Source: Balanoglossus misakiensis
Lineage: Eukaryota; Animalia; Hemichordata
Length of the DNA: 64,000 nucleotides
NCBI GenBank assembly: GCA_040954595.2
Contig: CM082584.2
Coordinates: 5,088,110 to 5,152,109, forward strand
Direction: 5' to 3'
Shown here: positions 46,124 to 59,500 of the stretch, piece by piece
How positions within the stretch are numbered: the first letter of the stretch is position 1
Layout: every line of letters starts with the position of its first letter
The notes under the pieces: generated by a model
Told to the model about the DNA's origin: nothing
Seen by the model: the letters and a program-made list of their open reading frames with translations, nothing else
Databases searched by the model: none
Program-made: the position numbers and the translations under genes

Positions 46124-49100
46124 ATGGCGGGCATCAAAAGTAAGAATGACATGTTTACGTTTCTATTATCAAATCTTATTGTTCAAAATTGTCGTCAGTT
46201 TGTTTTCTTCGAATGAATCGCATCAATATACAGTGTAGATTCTTCTGGAAGGCAAAAATCAGCAGTTATCACCGGAGGTCAGGATAGTGTTGGATTCAAT
46301 TATCCACGTAGTTTGCTTTATTATGCTACGCTTGCTTGAGTTGTGATTTTCTTGAAGTCATTGACATATTATTATTCTGCAGGAAAAGAAATCGTCTAGG
46401 GAAACGTCACTCATTAACTCGGCTAATATTCACACCTTCATATTGCATTATATCACATTTATTTTTCCGTAAAATAATATCGATTGGATCGGGAAGGGTG
46501 ATGTGGTGGACTTGGGTAATCAGTGATTCATGCCACAAGTCCCTCCCTCAAAACCATAGACAGTCAAACTCATAGTCTTACTCGGTGCTCTGACGCAGCA
46601 TTTTGGCTCTTAGTCATCATAGCAATACTAAACGTACATATGGCCTCAGATTGTGATGTTGCATTGAATGATTTTGTCGATTTTATGGTATGGAGCTGAT
46701 TTTTCCAGGACCAATGCAGGTCAGCCTTATTTGCTCCCGGGCTGTGAAATAGAAAAGGGCTTCCCACTGACACCAAAATTATGTATTTTTAATTAACATT
46801 TAAGCCTAAAAATTACACCTTACAGAATCATTATGGGTGTTCCCCAAGGAGAATGTCCCCCGTCTTTGGGCAAAGGGGAAACTTGAAATGCTTGGGGGGG
46901 GGGGGATCTGTTTTGCTTCTAGCAGCCAGCTTCTGGCATGATGGAGGAAGTAACCTGACCCACACAGTCCATTTTAAATGCAATATTTTGCCATGTATAT
47001 ATAGTCTGGTAGTCTGACGTGGCAAAATTTGCGCAGTTTTTCTACCTTTGCATACATAGACTCCAGAATATACTTGTTAGCAGTTTACATTCGGAATTGG
47101 TTTGTCATGTCACCCTTTGAATAAATTTATTTTTGAATAACTGATTACATTGTTTATTATACTTGATATATCATGCAGAGTATTAATAGCATGCAATGTA
47201 GATGTGGGTCTAAATAGCGGGTAAAATGTCCATTCCACTGCCAGAAAGTTACCTATTGTATGAAACTGCCCCCCTGCAAAAAGTGGTACCTTCTGTATTG
47301 GGAACAACATGGCAACTGTTTGCAAGCTGTTGTTCTACCCTATTTCTGATATGGTTTCTTCTGGGTCAGTCAGAGTGTTCATACATGTGCCACCCCATGA
47401 ATATTCAATGTGTTTGATATAATGATACGTGATAGATGCAAGTTGTAACCAGACATGTAAGCAGCACTCACTGCTGTTATCTGCCAGAATGTGTGAAAGT
47501 GACAAGAACGCTGTCTGTGGTAAATCATATTGATCTTTTATACATTTCACATGTACTCTGACAACTCTAAATATGTTAACACTACTATAGTGTTCTTGTT
47601 GGTCAAGGCTGGAAGTGATCATTAGCCTTAAATTTTTGCCAGTTCAGTCACTGATTTTGTGTTTGTCTTTTTTTTCTCTTTCATGTTTTGTTGACAAATA
47701 TTGGATGTTTTCACCATTCATCAGGGTAAGTCAGTGTTTTTCTGTTAATTTTAGTTTTACCAGAAACACGACTGATTGGGAGTGTTTGCCTTTTACACCC
47801 AGTGTAGGATGTTCTATTGTATCAGTGTGTTTATACTAAGAATAGTGTCGGACACATGACCAGACATGGTTGTTATATTGTACTCAGAGTGACTTGACGA
47901 TCATTGTGGGTTTGGAATGTAAAAATCAACTTTTGGTTTAATAGGTCACATCATCATGACTCTACGTCAAAAGTCCTCATTCAGGCATTTTTCAGCAATG
48001 TTTGTTATATTTTGCAAAGATCTAACAGCATTGGGCGTTCTCCATATTGCTTCCATACAGTTTGCGGGTAGAATGAATGAATATATTTACTGCATACTCC
48101 AGAGATTGCAATACTTCTAAACCAAATCATTCTAACATAATTATGTCTCCAAATTATTGAATAGTGGGAGTTTTAATGATACTACAATGTATACTGCTCT
48201 GCAAATATTGATACTTTTGTCAGTATTAATAACCGTATACAGAAAATCATGCATTGAACATTAATTAATGTCTTCAATATTTCATGTTGATTTCAGCCTG
48301 ATAGTATTGGCATTCAGTTTGTCATGTGGTTTAACACTGGTTGTGTTAGGATGTGCTCTTAAACCATACGGGTATGTAAAACATTCCTTACTACACATCA
48401 CACTTCCCCACACTCACTCACTCACTCACTCACTCGATCAAATATATGTATCTTCCTCACTGTGTGATGTAGAGTTTCTATTGTTAGATGTTATTGACAA
48501 TTTACTGGGTAGGATTGTCTGGGGGCTTTGGAAATTAGCACGAAGTGTATGTACCAGCTAAATCATAATGGTTATCTATTATCATAGAATGTTTATTACT
48601 AATGTTGATTAAAAAGTATTAAATATATGTAGGTTAGAACTTAGACCATTAATGAAATGTCACATGTATTGCAAATACAGAGTGTATTTATGTACGTACG
48701 TACGTATGAATGATGTATGAAAGTATGTAAGTATGCATTGTAATGTTCTATGACAAAATATGTATAAAAAACTATTTACAACCTGTGGCATGAATATAAA
48801 ACAGAATAGACAATGGTAATGTATTTCAACAATGAAACAGTGTTTAATGAGATTCACATGACATGAATAGATTTACACAGTGACTAACAATATCATTCGC
48901 ATATTTTGACTCTGCAGGGTTTGGTGGCCATTGTTTGTGTTATTCTTCTACGTGTTATGTCCGGTACCGACTGTTATAGCACGCAAGTATTCGCCTGACT
49001 TGTCTGGTGGAGCCAGCAGTGCGCTTATTGAGTATTGTATCTTTCTCACCACTGGTATAGTAGTCTCAGCATATGGACTTCCTATAATACTGGCACATAC

Positions 49101-50156
49101 AGGCGCTGTAAGTTGCATTCACGTTTAAAGGGACAAAGTCTCTCTCTCGCTGCCCTTTTCCATGAATTAAGTTTGATACAAGACACCTTTTATGTTATTC
49201 TACATGTGGATATATTGTGAATCAACACACAACTTCCATCCCGCTTGCAGGATAGGAGAGTAAAAATCTCACCAAAATGAATAAATGGTAGCAACCGATT
49301 ATTCATTTTGACGAGTTTTTTCACTCTCGTGTCTACATGTGGGATGGAAGTTGTGTGTGGTCGAACGTTGATTCACTATATATATCCACATGTAGAATAA
49401 CATAAATGGCGTCTTTTATCAAACATAATTAATGGAAAAAGGGCGACGAGAGAGAGACTTTGTCCATTTAATCTTCATAATTATCAACACATTTTAAAAA
49501 CAAAGCATGTTTATGTAACAGTAGACAAATATAGGACTATTACACAGCTATTGTTTGATCCAAAACCATTGTTTTCTATGGCAAAGATGGATCTGTATAG
49601 AGGGAAACGGGGTTGAATTAGATTCCTAACATATTCAACTTGACGAAATATGGCATAATTATTCAGTTTATGTGAAGTTGTACCCAGAATGTATTCAGCA
49701 TGATATACTTGTGACGACCCTTTGTAATGATGGTGGCTATAGAATATTTCAATGTGATGAAATCAAGGTATTAAAGGTATACAGTCACCTCCAATTTACA
49801 TACGCCCATATATGGCTGAAATGGTGTATTTTAGTGTTCTAAAGAACATAAGGTGGTGCTCTTTTTTGAAAATCTGTGATTGGCTAGATCTCAATTTGAC
49901 ATGGTAACTTTAGCTAATTTTCCATAGGTGACCGCACACCTTTAAACTGTGACAGATTAATTCTGTTGTATTACTGCAGGAATACACATGGTAATGTCTT
50001 CTTTTGTCTCACTTTGCCGTTTCTTGATTTAATTTTCAGATTGAATGGGGAGCAGCAGGTTTAACTTTAGCCGGTAACACTGTATGTTTCTTCACAATCC
50101 TTGCCTACTTTGTGATCTTCCGAGGAGACGACGAATTTGAATTCTCGGTCTTCTAA
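46124..50156 (+). CDS. LEPROTL1: Leptin receptor gene-related protein (OB-RGRP/endospanin, LEPROT/LEPROTL1, Vps55 family)
   Basis: Exons 46124-46139 (MAGIK), ~48297-48371 ([25 protein letters not shown]), 48918-49107 ([37 protein letters not shown]), 50040-50156 ([24 protein letters not shown]). The family is clear. It is probably co-orthologous to vertebrate LEPROT and LEPROTL1. The exon 1/2 junction is off by 1 nt (see findings). Confidence 0.88.
49125..49471. mobile_element. Kolobok-like fold-back MITE (TTAA TSD) in LEPROT intron 3
   Basis: ttaa-agggacaaagtctctctctcg ... cgagagagagactttgtccat-ttaa. The two halves are long imperfect inverted repeats. Confidence 0.85.
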
Positions 50157-53100
50157 TATCAAGACAGAGCTATAAGAAAACAGCCGAGTTTGATTTTCTT
50201 GTGCACAGTCGAGTACTTCCTAGTTTTGTGGATGTAATCCCACAATGCACAGCACTGCAGGAAGCGCTCGTCAAAGATGGTGTATAAAGAATGAACACCA
50301 GACAAAGTGTTGCATTGTGGGAAATTACGACCACCCATAAAGCTAGGACAAGTTGGTTCATAAGAAAATGAAACTTGCTAAAGTTGTAGTTGTAGATTTT
50401 GAAATTTATTCAATGTACATGTATTTTACTGTGTTGTCAAAATCGTCCACGAACACAATATTTTTTTCATCAATTATTGTAGTATACCGAACTGCGAATT
50501 ATATGTTTACTGTAATTACTCCCTCAATTTCATAAAAAATCAATGTGCAACTCTTTATTTTGTTTAATTTCCAAGTTCTGATATTTGCATGCAGTGGGTA
50601 AATCAAATATATTTACCCAAAACATCATGGAAATAGGTTGGCATTGTAAATTGTAATGTCAAGTGTTTCAAATCTTTGTGTTGGTTTCTGTAAATATAGT
50701 CCCAGGATTTATGATTGTCACTTGTCTAAAGAAAACTTTGTGTTTCTCGGCTTGAGTGGGTCTATTTATAAATGCTAGATGTGACTTGGCAAGTCTTTTG
50801 TGCTGTGTGTGGCTGAGATCTGCTTGATGCTAAGTTGACATGTTATCAGGATTGTGTTCAAAACAGGGTACATATTGACAGTGTAACCAAGAGTTTTGCC
50901 TTGGGTATTATATTGTGACAACAGCAGAAGGAGCTATTATTGATCATTGGAGACTTCCCATGTCTTTTTAAGGACCCCTTACCATTGCTGTATGAGATTG
51001 GACCCCCAAAATAGAGACACCTAGTAGTTTTAGTTGCATAGTCAAAAACATTTTATACTTGACTCTGTTCAAAGAGTTGTTTATACTTTTTTTTCTTCTC
51101 CAAATAATTTGTAATGCGCATGAACAAGACAAATATGTTAGGCTGACATGGTACAATATACATCATTATTGTTCATATTTCATGTTTCATGTACATATAG
51201 CTGCTCAATGCAATATGTCTTGGTACAATGTCTGACGACAAGGTGGTAAAGGTCAACAATGGACTTCACAGCTTCTTGAAATATGAACGTGTGTGTACTA
51301 CTTTATGGTATGTATTGTGTATTGTGATTTAATGCATGACTGTTTCATTTTACAATTCTTAGATGCCTGAAAAAAACTGAACAAATTTTTAGTCTACCAC
51401 TTGTACCGGTATATTCTATAAGTGTTGAAAATGAAATGTTGAATGTAGACCGCACAGCATAATGTATCCATGTGTATTGGTGGGAGATATATCCGCCCTC
51501 TGTCCGAGTCAACATGTGAAATTTTCAACCTGACTGTTTTGTATTAAACTGTGATTGGTTTAATTCTGAATATTACCTCGATGAAATGCTAAATTAGTTT
51601 TTGTAATCATACTTATATAATGAGTATGAAATGGCTGTGCAATCTATTTGTGATCATTTGAGTCTTGTCTTTCAGTTGCTGTAACTTCCCCCAAGTTCAC
51701 AAGTGATTGTTGGTTGGTAATTATTTTCAAATAAAGAAACAGACATTGAAATGCGGATCAAATAGCCCAAATGATTATCATTGGTTTATTCCCTTGGTGG
51801 TATTACGTGGCACACTGCAGTCCTTACTGTGTATTTAGAGATCATATCAAAGTTGCTGAGAATGAATACTGTTGTATACTCTCAGATCACTGTGATTGGT
51901 CAGATAGATAAAAATACTGAGAGTGACGGTCTTTCAGCCATCGGGGGAAAAATAATTGTCCACTATTCTGGACCATCTCTGGAAATATGTAATTCTACTC
52001 AGCTAAACTGATAGTGGATTGAGTATAAACACAGCAGGATTCCCAGCAATTTCCCTAAAAATTTTGAAGGTTGGGTACGTGTGCCATGGAATACTAGTAC
52101 CACTGCCTCAGTAATCATATCTGATTCATAGTTGACACTGTTCATTTTGTCTGACCTGAACACTTCTATCGGTCTATAACATGGAATTTTCCTCTTATCT
52201 TTGATATAGTAGGCTAGTTCATTTCTAGTTTACACTACAGGGAAGTATGACATCCCAGAGAAAAAAAAATTTTCTTCTGTGTAAATCTTCAGATGTATTT
52301 GAAGTTACTTCTTGTGATTGAACGTTATATCTTCCCTGTTCAATTATAGAAGTACAGTGATTCCTTTTTTTTCATATTTACAGTGATGTATTTCAAAATG
52401 ACTGAAATTTTAAATCTTGCAATTCATTTAAGTATAGTACAGTATGTATGTGCAGTACAGTGATACTATGTATTTGAAAGAAAAACTTTAAATTTGCTGT
52501 ATTGTATGTTCTTGTATCCTGTTTGTTTACAAGTACTCATTTTATGGTTTTTAGAGATCAAAATTCTAAAACTGTATATTTGTTTTGTACCTGTGAAAAA
52601 AAATGAGCATGCATGTTTGAAAATACTAGTGTGGATGTGAAGCTTTTGGACATTTAAATTGTGATAATGTTAGGTCATAGGTAAAATTTATTGCCATAGA
52701 AACTGCTGGTATTGTATTCAACCAGTTCCTTTTTGTCATCATATGTGATATGAAAATTCAATAAAGAATTTTTGTTAGATGTGTGAAGTCTAAAGTTGAC
52801 ATCGTCATTTTCTTTCTGAATGTGTAACTGATTTTGTTGTGAAAAAATGTCAACATGTGTAATATAAAAATTCAAAGGAGGGTCCTAACACATGAATGAT
52901 GAAACATATGTGGCAACACGATCGAAACCATTGTGGATAGTTTGCTTGAAACAAATTCACCCAATCAATTCTCACAACATTTATCAAACGATCAAACATC
53001 AATTTTGAATTCTGAATACCTTGCTGGTATATTTTTGGATTGTGAAAATACATTAGTCACGAGAGACAAAACAAGATTAGCAATGAAATAATACCAAACA

Positions 53101-56100
53101 GACATGTAGGGGTTTTAACAATTTTTTTTTTAATTTTCTCATTTACAGACAAGGCCATAAAATGTACAAACAGTTTACAAATGATGTTACAAAATGGTGG
53201 CACAGCATAAAATAAAAATACAATATTTTACTCATGGTCATCCATTATGACCTGTAAAATATTTCCACACTTTGAGTTAAAAACATAAGATCATCAGTGT
53301 TTGTGTGTGATCTATTTCGCATGCTCTTGGTTTAGTTTAATACACAGAGCTGCAAATGAAGTGACGTATTACCGTACATGTTTACGTGTCTGGCTATAGT
53401 GTGACTATCTTGAACTGAATGGTTGGCATGTGTGTAACCACCATGGAAACCAGCCTGCAAAGTCTTTAGCAAATTGTGTCTCTGCCTACAATTGAACTTG
53501 AAAATACTTCACCGGAAAATGAACTTGATGTGAATAATGTGGTAAAATTCCAATCTTATTATCGGCTCAATCTATATCCTATCCCAGCTTTAAAATTCCA
53601 AACCACACTGCTTCTTCATAATTATACATAACAGGCTTTGCTTGACGAGTTTCGCTGCACTTGAGTCTGCATGCTGGCTTATAAAGTCTGTGCGTATGCA
53701 TGTGCCATGCAATTGTAGAAGTGGGCTTCAATCTTCCATCATGCAAAAACCACAGTACAAAACACATCCTTTCCTATGTATGACATTTGTTTCCAATGCT
53801 CTCTATACACATGTAAACAGATCCCTACCCAAAGCTCACCAGCCAATCACTGATGTATCTACCTCTGCTGGATAGAACTTTACTGATATTTACGAAGCAA
53901 GCCATCTTAACCCACGGTCTGTTAAAATCGTATGCTGCTGACAATGATGCATATAGTCGTATGCCAAGCCCTCAGTCACATTCTGAGTATAAACTGTGAT
54001 ATAATGCACAGACCACCAGGACAGAGGAATGTGGTTCAAGATTTTGCTCAACCTATGCTCCTAATTTTTTTCCATTGTGTCACTGAAATCAACTTAAATC
54101 CATCTCTATTTCACAAACTACTACCTTTACTCACACTTGTGATAACTATATCTGCACTATCAGTGAATTTCCCTTGTTTGACATCTTTTAGGGATAAAAT
54201 GATCTGGAGTTTTGGTTATTGCTTCTTGTGTATGTTAGCAAAGAATTCGCAGGAATATAAGTAGCTTCAACTTCAACTTATTGAAAAATGTGACCATATA
54301 AAGCGCCCACAGGTTGAGGAAAACTGTGACAGACAAAAGCCTAGTGATAGGACCCTGAATAGAATAGCACAAACATACACATCCAAAAATAAGAGGGACC
54401 ATGACACAAACAGTTGGGGGGGGGGGGGCACAGATACTCTATGACAAAGGGATTGGAGATGTCACTCACATAGTCACTGGGGGATAGGACTGTGGTAAAC
54501 AACATCAACAGGGAACTTTTGATAATGGAAATCCACATACACGATCGATGTCCTAAGATTTTGGAATTACACAGCGTAGTTACTATGGATTAGGGTCAAA
54601 CTTCAGGAACCCTGTCATTTGGTCCTATCGTTGTAACACCTATTATTGTATTAAAAGGAAAACACCCTTTAATATTAAAAGAATTCCCATTTGAAGACGT
54701 GTGGTAAAAAGAATGTCTGAGTATTTACATAGCAACACTGTGCCCCAGACTGAGTCCTTAAGTTGTAATGCAAATAATTTCTGACGAAAATTTTTTTCTA
54801 GTCCACGATGGAATGAATCTAACAATACTCATCACTATTAATAATTATTTCTGAGTCGCAAATGAAACAAAAACACCATTATTACTGCTTTCATTATCTC
54901 AACTCAAGGATAAGTCCACTATGAAACACATGATACAACATATCAATGGCTAGTGCTTTCACCCCCGTTTCCCAGTGTATGGGTCCAACCACACTATCAG
55001 ACTGAATTAATATTGGTGGTCAAAGGGGTTGACAGGGCTGATAAACATCTGGTAATCAACACCCATTCCCTTTAAATTTTTGATGCCATCTTACAAAATG
55101 TTTTAGAAAGTCATTAGGAAGTGTACATGTAATTCTTTCCTGTTTAGTATACGTTCACATCTATAGAATAATGTACAGCAGTTTCTCACAAAACACATCT
55201 AGAGTATCATATGGGTCAAAATGTTAACAGTAAACACTGATAAGTTTTCTACTTACAAAAACAACATGAATTCAGAGGTAGAAGTTTTAGATCAGCGTTT
55301 ACTCCCATCCATTGCAATGGGAGTTTTAGTCTCTGTGACAGGATGTTTTGTACAAAACAGAAAACCTCAGAATATGATCAAAAGTTTAAAATCGTCACAT
55401 GATAAGCATCCACATGTACACTATACATCAGCATGACAGAAAAGTTTTAAAGATTATTTCAATATTTAAATTTGCTGTTTTTGTCACGTGAGGAATGCCT
55501 TGTTACGATAAAATGTAGAATACATATTTTGGGTATGTAATATTTGATCTGTGAAAGCACTGCGTGGTACAGATAATAGCTGGCTTGATTTGAACTGTAG
55601 TTTTCATACTGATCATGTACAGGTGAATAGATATCAGAAGTACAGCTGTATTTTCATAGAAAAATAGTTCTCAACACAAACAGATAGCATTTTTAGTTAT
55701 ATTTGAAATCTTATGAAATTGTAATTATTCACAGCAAGGATGGGTTAAAATTTACAATGGCTTGGCTACACACAAATAGTCAGTTTACACACTACATTTT
55801 TTTCACTAACTGAACTTTTCACTTCTGAGTTTTTTTGTTGTTTTTTTGTAGGCAATGAACCGATTGGAAATTCTTCAGAAGTGTGGTGGATTAAGTCTGG
55901 TGGATAACAAGGATTAATTATTAAAAATCACCAAGAAATGTTGCTGGCAAAAGCAATAGAAATAAATGAGCTGGCCTTGGGGAAAAAAATAATATCAGAT
56001 AAAAAAATCAACAAAATCAATGTGTCACCTGTTTTAGAAACACTTCGATCAAATATTAATATTAAAAACGTTCATTAAATATTGTTGAATCATTAGACAT

Positions 56101-56568
56101 CATAGGAACTGTGAATTTGATTATTCTTTTGGGAGTTGAGCTTGATCTGTGATTCAACACTCATCAACTGTTGAACAAAATGTGTAGTTTAGGTTGAGTG
56201 AGGTGCTTGTCAATTCTCATTTGCTCAATGGGACAGAGACAAGCCAAAAGCTGGTATTGCTAGCATAGCCTGCAAGCATGGCATGTAGACATACCGTTCC
56301 AATACTCATTTTCTGCATCATCTCAATAATGAAAAGATGACATTTCCTCACATTAATAGTACAACCACAATGATGTGCGTGTATTTAAAAATAAAAATCA
56401 TAAAAAGTTGGCACTGCACTTTTGAAGCAACCTGTAATGATTTCAGAAAAGGAGACACTTTTGTGAAAAATGCAGCTACAGAGTTAAATTGTAAGAACCC
56501 CAAATCAATCCTGAATTTGTATTCAAGTAAAACTGAGCAATAATTCACGTGTTTGCTTTTTTGTGCTT

Positions 56569-59500
56569 CTAGAATCTGGTCTGGTTGCTGTTTTGGAAGT
56601 ACTGGTTAGCGCCGGGTCCCTGTTGTTGTTGGTGGTGATGGTGGTAGTTCCTATTCTGTTGTCCGCCGCTGTTCCTGTTGTAATGAGATTGTGATGGGTA
56701 GGAGGGGTAATGGCCCCCGCCTCCTCCATGCTGACCGACAGGATAGCCCCTTCCACCAACTCCCGGGATTCCAGTGGATTCCTCGTATCTGTGATATCCT
56801 TGTCTTTGGTTTCTGTCGTACGATCTCTGTCTGTTGTAATGCTGTCTGGACGTGCCCGTGCTGTGGTCGTACCCTCCCCTGGATGCGTAGCCACTGTTAT
56901 TCCCTGAAAGCAAACAGACAAGTTTACTCATATGTGAACTGTAGAACTATACACAAACAATCAAATACCGGTAGTATTCATTAATTAAAATCAACCAATT
57001 ATCTACATTGCCCGATATGTTGGGCAATGACATTGACAGGCAATAAAACCATTTAGTAATATAACCTGGAGATTTAACATTTTTATCTCTGTTTGCTTTG
57101 AAATAAAAGTGGTATCTGCCTGATATTCTGTGTTTTATTGTATCAAGTGTATTTTATATACCACAAACGAAAACATAACACTGGATCTACAAACCTGCTG
57201 TGAAAAAAAATTGTTGGATTTTCAAGAAATCTGTGTAATGTGACTGAAATATAGTTACAATCAAACATGTAAACATACTGGAGCCTTTCAACATGTTTTT
57301 GTTTTTATCTTTTTATGATGACATTTCCCGATAACACAATAGAGACATCATACCTGCAAACGGCTGTGGATTAGTCTGTGACGGAATTGGGTACTGGCTT
57401 GGTTGCCGTGGTGACTGTGGAGCTGGTTGACTTGGATTCTCACTGTAACAGACAAATTATCACTGAGTAAATTCTAACATGGTCAGCTGAGAAGGGAGGG
57501 GGAGGCATGTGCGTTTAACCCTAATGCTGCAAAGTCAGTTGAAACTGGTTTGACTTCCAGGGTGCCTAGAATCCTGTCTCCCAGGCCTGTTAGGCTGCCA
57601 AGTGTGTGTTACTATACTCAGTAGGGCCTATAAAACACCCTCAAACCAAACCAGTGCAAACCAGTACGATTTGGTACTAAGTACGTATGAGAGCCATGCT
57701 AAGACAGTCAAAATACGTTTAAGAAGAAAAATAGCACATAGGTATTTTAAGGGACTTGACACTCTAAACAAGTATGACAATAGTGTTAAGGTTTTGTAGT
57801 AGTGCCTAAAAAACAGAGCAAGTCATTCAACTCACCCACTGTCTCTGGCTCTGTGTGCCGAGTTATAGTACACATGCGATGAGATGGTCTGCGGGGGACT
57901 TTGGCCGTACCCCATGTACATTCCTGGCTGATGAGCTCTATAATGGTGCTGATTTCCCCGGTTGTCGTGGTAACTTTGGTTTTGAAAGATTGGCGATCCC
58001 ATGAAGTCTTTTGCCCCACTATGTTGTCTTGGTTTTCCTTTGGAATGTTGGGAACCGTGTTGTTGTCTTTGTTGATACTGTTGTTGTTGTTGGTGTTGTT
58101 TTTGTTGACCAGAATGACGTCGATGTTTCTCAGTAATTCTTCTCTGGTCTGACTTTCTCTCATCTCTCATGTCTGCAGCTGTAAATATTTCAGATATATA
58201 TTCTTTATTTGACATCAGAACAAAATTGCTTAGGGGTAATTACACAACTTTTGACCGATATTGCATTGAACATGTATTCAAGTGATGTGGCTACATTTTG
58301 ATGAGTTGCGAAGCAATGAGTTAAAATACAGACACCACGAGAATGCGTCGCGTTATCAACCAAACTTTGTGTAATAACCCCTTTATCATACACGCATACC
58401 TATAAAACAGTCAGCTGTGCGAAAATGTGCCGAGATAAACTATTTCATGGCCAGAAATTTGAACCACGCAGTAGCCCAAAGCCAAGTTGTGACAGGGCGA
58501 TCAACAAACTACCAGTTAGATGACAGGAATCAGTACATGTATGTGATTTCTTGTAACAGACAATGTTTGATTTCAGGTCATCTACTCACCACCATCAGTA
58601 TCATCTTTATTTTTCTCTCCATCTTTGTTTTTCTCGTTGTTTTTCCTCCGTCTCCTGGGACAGTCCTTCATGTAGTGACCGATCTTCCCACAGATGCGAC
58701 AACCTCTGTCGTTTGGTGGGCCGCCCTCATCAGTCAGATATTTCACATCGAAGTAGTAATCCTACAGCACAGAGAGTTACAGCATGGAGTTAAGTTACTG
58801 GTACTTCCAAAAGCTATGTCAGAGACTAAATGCCTTGTAAAGTTGTTCTCCAGTTTAAAGGTATACGGTCACCTCCAATTTGCATACGCGCATATATGGC
58901 TGAAATGGCGTATTTGAGCGTTCTAAAGAACATATGGTGGCGCTCTTTTTTTCGCGTGTGCCACCCACTGAAAATCCGTGATTGGCTAGATCTCAATTCG
59001 CCATGGTAACTATAGCTAATTTTCCATAGGTGACCGTATATCTTTAAGGTAGTATGCTCCCTGGGGACAGTTTTGGAAAAATTATAGTCATCCAAACTGC
59101 TCAGTTCTTTGGCATATTAAAGTTTGTAAGGAGTCTTTTTGAAAATAAAGAAGAAAGCATGGTATTGACTGTCTTGCTTTCAGTTTACTTTTTCTCCATA
59201 GAGTTCATGCAGCGAATGGAGGGCAGACCATTTTGAATTTCAAATTTAAGACAAATTTGCTTTGATTAAAAAAATCTGCATGGTGACCCCCACATTTTTA
59301 TTCTAAGTTTTAAGAGAGATCTAAGGCGTGAATGTGAAGATTAAAGCGTCCAGTCTAACACTAATCAGCAAATTCATCTCCTGCTGTAGCAATCTTGTAA
59401 TTTACAGGTACCATGCAATGCTATGATGTAACCACACTGTGATGCAACATTGCACTATGTATGCTGTGATGCAACCATGAAATACTACATGTATGATGCG

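Noticed and set aside
47643-47725. Candidate extra LEPROT exon ending at the strong donor tcagg|gtaagt
   Set aside because: The acceptors tested give 83 or 78 nt, which do not repair the exon 1/2 phase, and the local ATG frame is also incompatible.
56523-58917. Overlapping alternative-frame and antisense ORFs at the TUT 3' end
   Set aside because: They are by-products of low-complexity, stop-poor coding exons. Only one frame is splice-compatible.
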